The position numbers were made by a program, and so were the translations under genes. Below are positions 38,414 to 46,677 of a DNA stretch of 64,000 nt, piece after piece. A model generated the notes under the pieces. The model was not told where the DNA came from, did no database searches, and saw only the letters and a list, made by a program, of their open reading frames with translations. The stretch lies in IMG/VR virus record IMGVR_UViG_3300028048_000003, one strand, 5' to 3'. Positions within the stretch are counted from its first letter, which is position 1. Every line of letters begins with the position of its first letter. The stretch is from a virus.

Positions 38414-38626
38414 ATGGATAACAATAACAACGATACGGGAGAGATGCTCAAATGGTTTGGTATTATGCTGCTGGTTTATGCTGGCTTTTTTATCTTTGTC
38501 GGAGCATTAGCTGACTTCTTAGTATCTTGTGGGGCTAACCTAGGTGATGTATTGTTTGTATGTGTTGTATTGCTGATTATTGTATGCTCTTCGAGGGCAT
38601 TTGAGGACTGGAAAGACAGACTGTGA
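38414..38626 (+). CDS. small two-pass membrane protein
   Basis: AGGAGG SD. 70 aa with two hydrophobic helices. Confidence 0.55.
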   Translation: MDNNNNDTGEMLKWFGIMLLVYAGFFIFVGALADFLVSCGANLGDVLFVCVVLLIIVCSSRAFEDWKDRL

Positions 38627-38654
38627 TGAGAGTGGTAGAAAGGTGAGGAATAAC

Positions 38655-39536
38655 ATGACTTGGGATGAACTGTATAAGAAGATTGAGAAAGACCTATTCT
38701 CCTCGATGAGTGAGAACACAGCCAAAGGCTATTTAGCTGACATTAAAATGTTTGAATTTTCAGATAAGCCGTGCCGTGCTGCTGTTGAAAGAAAAAGAAA
38801 GGAGTGGCAGGACAAGGGGCTGTCTGGTAAGACTATCCAGAGGAGGTTTGCCGCGGTCAGATGGGTTCTCGATATGTACCCTCGCGAGTTTGGTCTTGAC
38901 GATATTCTTGACATCAAGTCCGCTATGAAGCACGTTGACATCAATAACAAAGAGATGGTTTACGCCACGAAAGAACAGGCTGACAAGGTTATCTCTATGG
39001 CCGATGAACGGACAGCTCTCTGTGTAGCGATGATGTTCTACGAGGGGATGCGCCGCGACGAGGTATACAACAACAGATTGCAGGACTGGGACATCAAGGG
39101 AGAAGATACTCTCAACGGCGGTGTTCCCGCTATCATTATCCCGCGCACGAAGAACGACGAACCGAGACGTGTACCATTAGCGCAGCAGACGATTGATTGT
39201 TTCCTCCGATATGTAAACGGTGACAGGGTACGGAACGCCAGACTTATCGAGAACGTTTCCCCTAAGACTGCCACCTACACTATTCTCTCTACATACGGTA
39301 GGCTTCGCAGGGAATCTATCCAGCGTGACGTAAAGAAAGCATCCATCGCCGCAGGATTTCCCCAGCTTCATTGTCACAGCTATCGCCACGGTCTTGCTAC
39401 CTTGCTTGCTAAATCGGGGAGGGATTCTATCTATATCGCAACAATGATGGGACACAAGAACCTTAACACAACTCGCCGCTATATCCACCTCTCCCCTGCC
39501 GACCTCAAGAAAGGAACAGAGGATGTGCTAAAGTGA
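38655..39536 (+). CDS. tyrosine recombinase (XerC/D-like integrase or dimer resolvase)
   Basis: 293 aa. ATG after AAGGTGAGG. Catalytic-type motifs …EGMRRDEV…, LHCHSYRHGLAT (HxxR) and GHKNLNTTRRYIHLS (Tyr). Confidence 0.85.
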   Translation: MTWDELYKKIEKDLFSSMSENTAKGYLADIKMFEFSDKPCRAAVERKRKEWQDKGLSGKTIQRRFAAVRWVLDMYPREFGLDDILDIKSAMKHVDINNKEMVYATKEQADKVISMADERTALCVAMMFYEGMRRDEVYNNRLQDWDIKGEDTLNGGVPAIIIPRTKNDEPRRVPLAQQTIDCFLRYVNGDRVRNARLIENVSPKTATYTILSTYGRLRRESIQRDVKKASIAAGFPQLHCHSYRHGLATLLAKSGRDSIYIATMMGHKNLNTTRRYIHLSPADLKKGTEDVLK

Positions 39537-39606
39537 GCAAAATCGGCTCGACGAGATGCAAAAAAATACCTCCGAATATGATAGAGCACTTTCACGAAAA
39601 AGAGAC

Positions 39607-39635
39607 TTGTCACAGGTCTGGGCTTGTGATATTCT
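39607..39635 (+). promoter_or_regulatory. possible promoter TTGTCA-17 nt-TATTCT
   Basis: Hexamers at 39607-12 and 39630-35, upstream of the 39659 ORF. Confidence 0.3.
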
Positions 39636-39658
39636 CAAATAAAAGGAGGTGGCTATCA

Positions 39659-39877
39659 ATGCCGCGTAAAGTAGACTACGATATGAAGCTCTCAAAACTC
39701 GCCGATAAGCTCAAGAAGAACGAAGAAGAGTACCAGAAACTAAAAGATGCTTATGACAAAACCAAAGAAGAGAAAAACCGCAAGTTTTACAAGAAGCTCC
39801 TAAACTTTATGGAGAAGAACAACATTTCCCCTGATACCGCTCTCGAGATTTTAGAGAAGAATCTGCCTACGACCTAA
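39659..39877 (+). CDS. small coiled-coil hypothetical protein
   Basis: ATG after AAAGGAGG (MPRKVDYDMKLSKLADKLKKNEEEYQKL…). 72 aa. Confidence 0.5.
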   Translation: MPRKVDYDMKLSKLADKLKKNEEEYQKLKDAYDKTKEEKNRKFYKKLLNFMEKNNISPDTALEILEKNLPTT

Positions 39878-39958
39878 TTCGTCATAGGTTGAGAAAAACA
39901 CCTACCTTCGTTTTCCTGCTGATAGGGTTAGCATGGACAGATAGACTTTTTGGTGAAC

Positions 39959-39996
39959 AAAAAAACACCTACTTTTTTAAGGTAGGTGTTTTTCTC
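39959..39996. terminator. bidirectional intrinsic terminator between convergent operons
   Basis: AAAAACACCTAC-TTTTTTAAG-GTAGGTGTTTTT, with an A-run on one side and a T-run on the other. Sits between stop 39877 (+) and stop 40000 (-). Confidence 0.7.
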
Positions 39997-39999
39997 AGT

Positions 40000-40740
40000 T
40001 TATGATGATTTTTCAAGACCGTATGTGCCGTGACCTTTGCGACCGTATACGTCTCGCTTTCGCTTACAGGTGGCGCACAACGTACAACAGACATACTTAG
40101 AAGCGTCCCCCATCGTATCTTTCATATACTCTGGGATAAGACATTTCGTGACAGGCTTCAACACTTTGTACCCCTGCTCCAACTTCACCTCAGAACCAAA
40201 CTGAGCATTTTGGGCGCGTTCAAACGGATAGAGTGCGTAGTTAATGCCTTTATCGGCTTCTTTACGACTCTCAAGAGGTAATAGGTCTACGAAAAGAACC
40301 TTGAGCGCTTCACGAACAGCAAACCTCTGGTCAAGCTCATCGCAAAGTGACTCATACAATGCGCTGTGGCGTCCTCTGCTCGTCTCTGATAGTTCCATAA
40401 CCTTCGCCGCGACATATTCTATACGTTCCTCATCAGCGACGTTCTCAAGGCGCTTACAGATGCTATTCCGAGCCGATGCACATGCCTGTGGTGACATTCC
40501 AAGCTCGTTAGCCATGCTCTCCAGTGTGTCCCCCGCTCCAACCATGAGGAGAATCTTCTGCTGCGTATCGGAGAGACAGCCAAGAACGACTTGCAAGCTA
40601 TCAAGGACACGTTTACGCCGCTCCGTTTCCTCTAAGATGGTATCAGGAGACAGCCCATATTTCCTCGATACGTCAAAAGCAATCTTGTTTGAATCCAGCC
40701 AACCCTCACCGAGAAGGTCTACGGCGTTAGCCAAACTCAT
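40000..40740 (-). CDS. HTH regulator (sigma-70 region-4 / LuxR-like HTH) with C-terminal Cys cluster
   Basis: 246 aa. LSDTQQKILLMVGAGDTLESMANELGMSPQACASARNSICKRL resembles region-4-type HTH. No region 2 is recognisable. C-terminal CCTLCATC. Confidence 0.5.
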   Translation of the reverse strand: MSLANAVDLLGEGWLDSNKIAFDVSRKYGLSPDTILEETERRKRVLDSLQVVLGCLSDTQQKILLMVGAGDTLESMANELGMSPQACASARNSICKRLENVADEERIEYVAAKVMELSETSRGRHSALYESLCDELDQRFAVREALKVLFVDLLPLESRKEADKGINYALYPFERAQNAQFGSEVKLEQGYKVLKPVTKCLIPEYMKDTMGDASKYVCCTLCATCKRKRDVYGRKGHGTYGLEKSS

Positions 40741-40982
40741 GCTTGCTCCCTCTTTAACGAATCGGAGGTAAAGTAGCAGCCCCTTATGAAACCGTTCCCA
40801 AGTTTTCTCTTTCCCTTGAACCGATACCTGTCTTTGAAATCTGAGGACTCACTCTTTATGTAGCGCACATCAGCAAAATACCGCTTGAGATTTTCTTCTG
40901 CCGCCTTTCTCTCATCCTCTACAACGACAGAATACCTTTCTACCTCATGCGGCATACGCACTACGAAAAAGTGCAGCCCCAT
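40737..40982 (-). CDS. hypothetical protein
   Basis: 81 aa. TGATG overlap with the nrdG stop and ATGA overlap with the downstream gene. Confidence 0.5.
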   Translation of the reverse strand: MGLHFFVVRMPHEVERYSVVVEDERKAAEENLKRYFADVRYIKSESSDFKDRYRFKGKRKLGNGFIRGCYFTSDSLKREQA

Positions 40983-41500
40983 CAGCGGATTTTCACTACG
41001 TCCTCGTCAATCTCGTTACCGCTATCATCAAAATCAACGGCCTTATAGCTGCCGTCAGGAAGATGTTTCCAGATTTTCTGGTTGCGACTTCCACGGAACG
41101 GCAGTCTTTCTTTCTGCTTGCAGTCAAATGCACCGTCAATCACATAATCAAACGGAGAAAAGATGTTAAGTTTACGCTTTTTGAATAACTCATCAATGGT
41201 GTGGCCTGTATAGATTGTAGTTTGAAGACCTTTCGACTTTGCCCATGCCGCAATCTCCTTGACCTCATCCATCTGCATAGAGCTTTCCCCGCCGCTGAAC
41301 GTGACACCACTCACGGGAGGAACATAGCTCTCAATCTTACCCTCAATCTCTTCTACGGACATCTCTACGCCACCGTCTGTTGCCCATGTAGAAGGATTCT
41401 GACACTCTTTACAATGGATGTCACACCCCTGCGCGAACAGGACGTAATTGATACCCTTCCCATCCGCGAGAGACGTGGCATTTACGCCAGCAACTTTCAA
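40982..41500 (-). CDS. nrdG: anaerobic ribonucleotide reductase activating protein (radical SAM)
   Basis: 172 aa. …GINYVLFAQGCDIHCKECQNPSTW… carries the CxxxCxxC radical-SAM cluster motif. Directly downstream of nrdD. Confidence 0.85.
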   Translation of the reverse strand: MKVAGVNATSLADGKGINYVLFAQGCDIHCKECQNPSTWATDGGVEMSVEEIEGKIESYVPPVSGVTFSGGESSMQMDEVKEIAAWAKSKGLQTTIYTGHTIDELFKKRKLNIFSPFDYVIDGAFDCKQKERLPFRGSRNQKIWKHLPDGSYKAVDFDDSGNEIDEDVVKIR

Positions 41501-41555
41501 CGAATATAAAACCTCTTTTCAAATAATTTTTGAGCAAATCGGGGATAGTTCTCAT

Positions 41556-42518
41556 TTATCCAATCGCTCCACCTGCATGAGAAACACGGTCAGCCATTTC
41601 AGCTTTCTTGCCGTCGTTTGCTCTCTCATACTCTGTAAGATACCCTGTAATAATTTCTGTCACCTTGATATTCTCGCTCCCGCACTTCGGACAAGCACCA
41701 TCGAAACTACCTTGATAGCCACAGTCCTTACAGAAGCATTGTACCCAGTTCAGACCACCATAGACGATACCAGACTTATCCATATACTGAATGAGCTTTA
41801 GCACGCCCTCTGGATTGAACTTAGGCGTATCTCCTGCTTCAATGTAAAAGATAGCTCCCGCGTTGCAATAGAGATGATAAGGTGCTTCGGTATCAATCTT
41901 CTTTTTCATGTCACACTTGAACGATACAGGGAGATGAAAACTATTGGTAAGGTACTCTTTGTCTGTGACGTTCGGAATTGTACCAAAGGTCTTCTTAGTC
42001 TTCTTCATCAGCGTGTAACATGCGCTCTCGCACGGACTGGCGAATAAGCTCACATTCAAATGAGTATCTTTCTTTGCCTTATCGACGCGCTTTCTCATCA
42101 ATTTTATGATTTCAAGACCAAGTTCCTGAGACTTCCCCGATTCGCCGTGATGTTTGCCAGTAAGAACAATCAAGCACTCAGCAAGCCCGATGAATCCCAT
42201 AGAAAGAGAGCCATTTTTCACCATAGGTTCAATCGTGTCATCCTCATCAAGCTCTGCTCCATCCTGATACCAATCGGCAACAAAAGGAATATCGCGCTTT
42301 TTCAGATTCTTGATAACGTCGTATCTCTCAAGTAGTTCACCAACTGCATCATCCATTGTCTCGTAGAGAATATCCCAGAACTCAGGCAGCGGGTCAGATG
42401 GGTTCTTCTCTTTTGCTTCGAGGGCAAGGTACGGAAGATTGATTGTATTGAACGCGAGATTACCACGCGCATCTGGGTTTTCATCACCGTTGACATTTCC
42501 TCGAACAGCAGTCCTACA
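41556..42518 (-). CDS. nrdD: anaerobic ribonucleoside-triphosphate reductase, exon 3
   Basis: Begins CRTAVRGNVNGDENPDARGNLAFNTINLPYLA…. Ends with the Zn-ribbon CKDCGYQGSFDGACPKCGS and the glycyl-radical-type motif …VTEIITGYL…. Confidence 0.85.
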   Translation of the reverse strand, partial: CRTAVRGNVNGDENPDARGNLAFNTINLPYLALEAKEKNPSDPLPEFWDILYETMDDAVGELLERYDVIKNLKKRDIPFVADWYQDGAELDEDDTIEPMVKNGSLSMGFIGLAECLIVLTGKHHGESGKSQELGLEIIKLMRKRVDKAKKDTHLNVSLFASPCESACYTLMKKTKKTFGTIPNVTDKEYLTNSFHLPVSFKCDMKKKIDTEAPYHLYCNAGAIFYIEAGDTPKFNPEGVLKLIQYMDKSGIVYGGLNWVQCFCKDCGYQGSFDGACPKCGSENIKVTEIITGYLTEYERANDGKKAEMADRVSHAGGAIG

Positions 42519-42759
42519 CATATAATCGACTATCACTAGCCGTACTGACTATATCATCTACTATTTCTAGCAGCCCTCCGCTTCGGAACAGTACCTATCT
42601 CTGTCCCTACATGGTTACACTCATCACCATTAGTCGATACACTTTACTGTTTCCAGTCTTAGCACGGACTCATCTCATAAAGACCTATCCGTTAGCACGA
42701 AAAATCGCACACCCTCTAGGTGAGGTTCAAAGGGTTTTACATGGGCTGAGGATTCGCTT
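42519..42759 (-). ncRNA. group I self-splicing intron 2 (241 nt, no ORF)
   Basis: Separates …EYIGTMG from CRTAV…. The 5' exon ends in U (ggU 42760). The intron ends in G (42519). Exon AUGGGU (42765-42760) pairs with intron GCCCAU (42746-42741), with a U:G wobble at the splice site. Stops occur in the exon frame. Confidence 0.75.
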
Positions 42760-43266
42760 ACCCATAGTTCCAATATACTCAAGCGGCATACCGTCATACG
42801 CTTTAGAGTCGCAGAACACAAATCGCGGTTGAATACGCTTACCAACACACTCGATTGCAAGCTGCGTAATGTCAAAGTTCGGCTCACCTTCATGGAGGTT
42901 GATTCCATCTTTTACGCGATAACAAAGGTTCGGAAAGATAGGATTCTCTCCCTTGCCAAGACCAGCAATGTAAGCCTTGAACAAGTTTTTAGAAATCATC
43001 CTCGCCCACTTTGATGTATCTGTGCCAAAGTTTACGCTGGAGAAGGTGACTTGAGCGCCGCTACGTGACCTCATCATATTGCAATTATAAACAAACTGCT
43101 CCATCGCCTGATATACGGCTTTATCGGTACGTTCAAGAGCAAGTTCTGCCGTTCTTTCTGTATTTACATACCCATCACCATATACCTCCTCGATTTGCTT
43201 CTTCTGGTACTCGTACTCACGCTGAACATACGGCGCAAGGTCAGTATCAAAGTTCAAAAATCCCTG
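42760..43266 (-). CDS. nrdD: anaerobic ribonucleoside-triphosphate reductase, exon 2
   Basis: QGFLNFDTDLAPYVQREYEYQ…PLEYIGTMG. 169 codons, in frame with both flanking exons after intron removal. Confidence 0.85.
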
Positions 43267-43698
43267 CTGACACATTCGAGGTTTCCCTCAGTCGTGCCTA
43301 GACTATCTCTTCACTCAAGCGGCTGACTCACCGCTATCATCGTGCCTTGCACTACGGAATACGGAATTGCACCGTAAACCTCTTAGACTGCGTTAGTCAA
43401 TTTAGTCGTTACACCTTGCTTGCTCTTTTTCTCTTTGATTTCACCTGATTTAGCCGCAAAATATCCGTCGTACTTTGTCGGATAAAATTCAATCCCGTTG
43501 AATAGCGTTTTATCACCTCCTTTTATTTTTAGAATAAAGAGCAAGCCTTGGCACGGTATTACCTGCTATCTTACGAAAGACCGTAGGTTCTCTTACGGAG
43601 CGTATTCGAGCGCAAGCCTTATTTAACTCCTACCGTTAGCCATGAAAACATGACACCCTAGATTTCTAGGTTCACAAGGTTACGCGGCCAGTTTATCG
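43267..43698 (-). ncRNA. group I self-splicing intron 1 (432 nt)
   Basis: Separates …QNSMFGG from QGFLNFD…. The 5' exon ends in U (ggU 43699). The intron ends in G (43267). Exon GCGGU (43703-43699) pairs with intron GCCGC (43688-43684), with U:G at the splice site. Shares a GCTAACGG(A)TAGG segment with intron 2 (43640-43633 vs 42696-42689). Confidence 0.75.
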
Positions 43699-44307
43699 AC
43701 CGCCGAACATGCTGTTCTGGCTGCTCTGCAAGATGATACATGCAAGAGCCGTAGCACTTCCAATGCGTTTCGGAGTACGAATACTTCCAACGCCATTTGA
43801 GAAGCCATTTTTCAGCATCTTCCCAAGAGGATTGAAAAAGCAATTAAACGTAATTCCGTAATATCCCAAATCGTGAATATAAACTCTACCTTTTCGGTGA
43901 TTTTCTGCGTACTTCTTACTCATCCGCGACAAATTAAACCGCTTTGTAGCCGCTTCTGCTACGGAATACATCTTACTTGCCGCTGAACCGTTAGCCGCAT
44001 TAGCATTGTCGGTATTGATTGTAGAGTACAGACGCGCAATTTCTTTATTCAAATCGCTGCCATACTCTCGGTAATCTGTGCGTTTCTGCCGATAGAGAAT
44101 ATACGCCTTGGCAACGTCAGGGTATTTCTCCATCAACTTCTTTTCAACAGCATCGTGAATCTCATCCACGGTTACGTCCCTATCGAACGAGATTTCATTA
44201 GCGATTTCCTTGCCAATCTCTGCACTCTTAGCGGCCTTTGTCACCGCATTTTCAATCTTTTCCTTCTTGAACGGCTCTTTCCGTCCGTCATGCTTCGTTA
44301 CTGTCAT
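43699..44307 (-). CDS. nrdD: anaerobic ribonucleoside-triphosphate reductase, exon 1 (ATP-cone + N-terminal part)
   Basis: ATG 44307 after GGAGGA. MTVTKHDGRKEPFKKEKIENAVTKA…AKAYILYRQKR is an ATP-cone pattern. Followed by …RVYIHDLGYYG…ILQSSQNSMFGG. Confidence 0.85.
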
Positions 44308-44473
44308 TTTTCTCCTCCAAAACCTTATACATACCTCCTGCTCGATAAGCAACTACTACGTTACCCTCGGCATCCTTAAACAAGTACACATCGCCACAAG
44401 CGCACCTAGCGTACCCATTCTCCATATACTTATCCCACAGCACATCCCAGCACCTCATGCACTTGACTTTCAT
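44288..44473 (-). CDS. small Cys-rich (zinc-ribbon-like) protein
   Basis: 61 aa. MKVKCMRCWDVLWDKYMENGYARCACGD…. Confidence 0.45.
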   Translation of the reverse strand: MKVKCMRCWDVLWDKYMENGYARCACGDVYLFKDAEGNVVVAYRAGGMYKVLEEKNDSNEA

Positions 44474-45132
44474 AATGTAAAATCCTCTGCAAGCTGGCTG
44501 AACTTACCGCGGAAATTCTTTGTAAGGGAAATCGAATTGCCGAGAACTGACAGATATTTACCATACTTCACAAAATCGTTGTTATGATAACCCCTGTTGT
44601 CCTTCTGGAAACTGTCTCCGATAAGCACCACATGGCAATCATCGTGGCAACGTGTAAAGATGAGCTTCAAGGTTTCATAGTCGCAGTTTTCGGCTTCATC
44701 GATAATCACGCCAGCCCTCTCAAAGTTCACGCCCCTGAGATTACTGTCTGTGGTCAAATGCAATAGCTTTCCAGCCCTGAGTGCTTGAATCTCATACGGT
44801 GTGAATCCCAACGTTTCCATAGCGTCGTACACGGGATTGAACAGCGCTTCTGTCTTATCCTCCATAGTCCCAGGTAAAAATCCGTTCTGTAAGAACCTCT
44901 GAGAGACCTTCTGGATGTAGATAATCTTGTTGATTACGTCATTCGCCAAGAGGTCAATCATAGCTGCACAGGAAACAATCGTCTTACCAGTACCAGCCGC
45001 AGCTTCGATAAAAGTAAACACATTGTCTGTGATACTACTGAAAGCATACTTCTGCTCCTGTGTCATACTTGCATAGAACCTATCGCGGTCTTTTCTATTC
45101 TTGAGTTCGATATATGGCTTATCGTTCACCAT
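44470..45132 (-). CDS. phoH: PhoH-family ATPase
   Basis: 220 aa. Walker A AAAGTGKT, and …NGFLPGTMEDKTEALFNPVYDAMETLG… typical of PhoH. Confidence 0.8.
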   Translation of the reverse strand: MVNDKPYIELKNRKDRDRFYASMTQEQKYAFSSITDNVFTFIEAAAGTGKTIVSCAAMIDLLANDVINKIIYIQKVSQRFLQNGFLPGTMEDKTEALFNPVYDAMETLGFTPYEIQALRAGKLLHLTTDSNLRGVNFERAGVIIDEAENCDYETLKLIFTRCHDDCHVVLIGDSFQKDNRGYHNNDFVKYGKYLSVLGNSISLTKNFRGKFSQLAEDFTL

Positions 45133-45361
45133 ATTTGCCCTCTACATACTTCTTCGCAAGACCTACAATAGCATTGGCAACCATATCCTTATTCTTCTCT
45201 TTTTCAAGTACAGCGCCGACGAGATAGATAGCAGCGCGAATCAAAGAGACCTCTCCGTGCATCGCCACATAGTCCTCATCATCTCCGAACATGACCATAG
45301 CATAGCCGCTATAACCATGTTTCTTGCACTCATCGAGAACCTGACTCTCAAAATCGTCCAT
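45119..45361 (-). CDS. hypothetical protein
   Basis: 80-aa ORF, coupled. Confidence 0.45.
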   Translation of the reverse strand: MDDFESQVLDECKKHGYSGYAMVMFGDDEDYVAMHGEVSLIRAAIYLVGAVLEKEKNKDMVANAIVGLAKKYVEGKYGER

Positions 45362-45364
45362 TGA

Positions 45365-45820
45365 CTACCTCCAAATCTTCACCAAGATACGTTGTCTACC
45401 GAAGCGAAAGGCTTCTTTCTTTGAGTTCATGTAGATGTCTATACGGTTTGTATATCCACCACCGAATCTATCTTCAACGGTATAAATATGACCGTTTATT
45501 TCAACCTTTGTGCCGAAGGGGACGCCATCCATAGCGATTGTCCTTCCCGCTGTCGCCCTCCTGCCGCTCGCCGTTATGCCGTCACCCTTGGCGCACTCAT
45601 CGTCCGAAGAGGTATAAGCACTGACATTGGCAACCATCTCTCGATAAGCAGGTTCTTCTACCTTCTGAACAGGCTCAACAACAGGCTCTTTTACAGGTGA
45701 TATGTATGTATCGTGCCAAACTTTATGAGCCTTTGCCGCATGGTGAGGTTTTAGCAGCAGGAACACAACGAGGACGGCTTTGACCAGACCGAAAAATAGT
45801 TTACGACCCAACGACACCAA
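45365..45820 (-). CDS. secreted/anchored 3D-domain (MltA/RlpA-like double-psi barrel) protein
   Basis: N-terminal hydrophobic anchor. C-terminal …VSAYTSSDDECAKGDGITASGRRATAGRTIAMDGVPFGTKVEINGHIYTVEDRFGGGYTNRIDIYM… matches the 3D-domain pattern. Confidence 0.65.
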   Translation of the reverse strand: MVSLGRKLFFGLVKAVLVVFLLLKPHHAAKAHKVWHDTYISPVKEPVVEPVQKVEEPAYREMVANVSAYTSSDDECAKGDGITASGRRATAGRTIAMDGVPFGTKVEINGHIYTVEDRFGGGYTNRIDIYMNSKKEAFRFGRQRILVKIWR

Positions 45821-46388
45821 ACTCCTCTGCCCACGGAAGAGTGCTGATGAACTTGCAGAACTCCCTCCACTCTGGCAGTCTGTGATTGTGCCGCTGATAC
45901 CAAATAGTTTTCAACTGGGCGTAGTTTGTGACGATGCCAGCACCAAGGCAGATACCCTCGGGCATATTTGACTTCACTGCGAGGAGATTCTCTTCGGACG
46001 GGTGCTCTATATACTCCTCAACAATGTCCTCAAAAATACCAAGGATAGTGGGATGTACATACTTGTTCGCCATCTTTTTATAGTCCAGAGATTTTACCTT
46101 GTGCATCGAGGACATACTGTTTTTGGTGAACCAATGATAGGTATCGTGCTGCTGCCACCAGTACCGAGGAGCGATAATGTCATAAGCCACCGTAATTTGT
46201 CTGAGAAACTTATCATCCCCATGACCATACGGCGAATTGCCCAGCTTGTCACCTCGCTTAATCAGCTTGACCTTATCTACGTCTACATCGTTCATATCCT
46301 TAATTTCTGTGGACATAGGGTAGCCAGCGCGGATAAGAGCTTCTTGAATCCCCCATACATCCACATTAAGAATCTTTATGTGCTCCAT
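45801..46388 (-). CDS. ThyX-like (flavin-dependent thymidylate synthase fold) protein with a degenerate signature
   Basis: ATG after GGAGGGGG. Overall ThyX-like layout (…FLRQITVAYDIIAPRYWWQQHDTYHWFTKNSMSSMHK…NYAQLKTIWYQRHNHRLPEWREF…). Where RHRxxxxxxxS is expected it reads QHD…S. Confidence 0.4.
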   Translation of the reverse strand: MEHIKILNVDVWGIQEALIRAGYPMSTEIKDMNDVDVDKVKLIKRGDKLGNSPYGHGDDKFLRQITVAYDIIAPRYWWQQHDTYHWFTKNSMSSMHKVKSLDYKKMANKYVHPTILGIFEDIVEEYIEHPSEENLLAVKSNMPEGICLGAGIVTNYAQLKTIWYQRHNHRLPEWREFCKFISTLPWAEEFGVVGS

Positions 46389-46677
46389 GTTTACCCCCTC
46401 GAATTGCAATCAGGTATCTAGCCTTGCCAATCGCCGCATCGTCGGCTTTATAGACAAGATTCATACCCGTAGAATAATCAAAATCGCAGAACATATCGAA
46501 GAGAGGAGCTTCTTTGCTTTCTTCTGGGTAATTCCTCTGCAATTCCACCAGTTGTTTAGCTCGTTTTGTCCAGTCCGCATCCGAGATGATATTTTCATTG
46601 AATTTGTAGTAAACAACCGAATGGACAAGCGTTTGAAGCCGTCTTCTTTTGATAAGCTCTACGATTTGTTTATTCAT
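46366..46677 (-). CDS. hypothetical protein
   Basis: 103 aa. Weak resemblance of …LVHSVVYYKFNENIISDADWTKRAKQLVELQRNYPE… to the N-terminal Ia motif of NAD-dependent ligases; this is a recollection only. Confidence 0.4.
   Translation of the reverse strand: MNKQIVELIKRRRLQTLVHSVVYYKFNENIISDADWTKRAKQLVELQRNYPEESKEAPLFDMFCDFDYSTGMNLVYKADDAAIGKARYLIAIRGGKHGAHKDS

Noticed and set aside
40000-40740. Calling the 246-aa HTH protein a phage sigma factor
   Set aside because: Only a region-4-like HTH is recognisable. No region-2 (-10 recognition/core-binding) segment precedes it, so it is reported as a generic HTH regulator.
42519-43698. Inteins, or a genuinely split three-subunit NrdD, as the explanation for the fragmented reductase
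   Set aside because: The inserts contain in-frame stops, so they are not translated through and inteins are excluded. The breaks fall inside conserved motifs (GG|Q, MG|CR) and the inserts follow the U…G and guide-sequence rules of group I introns.
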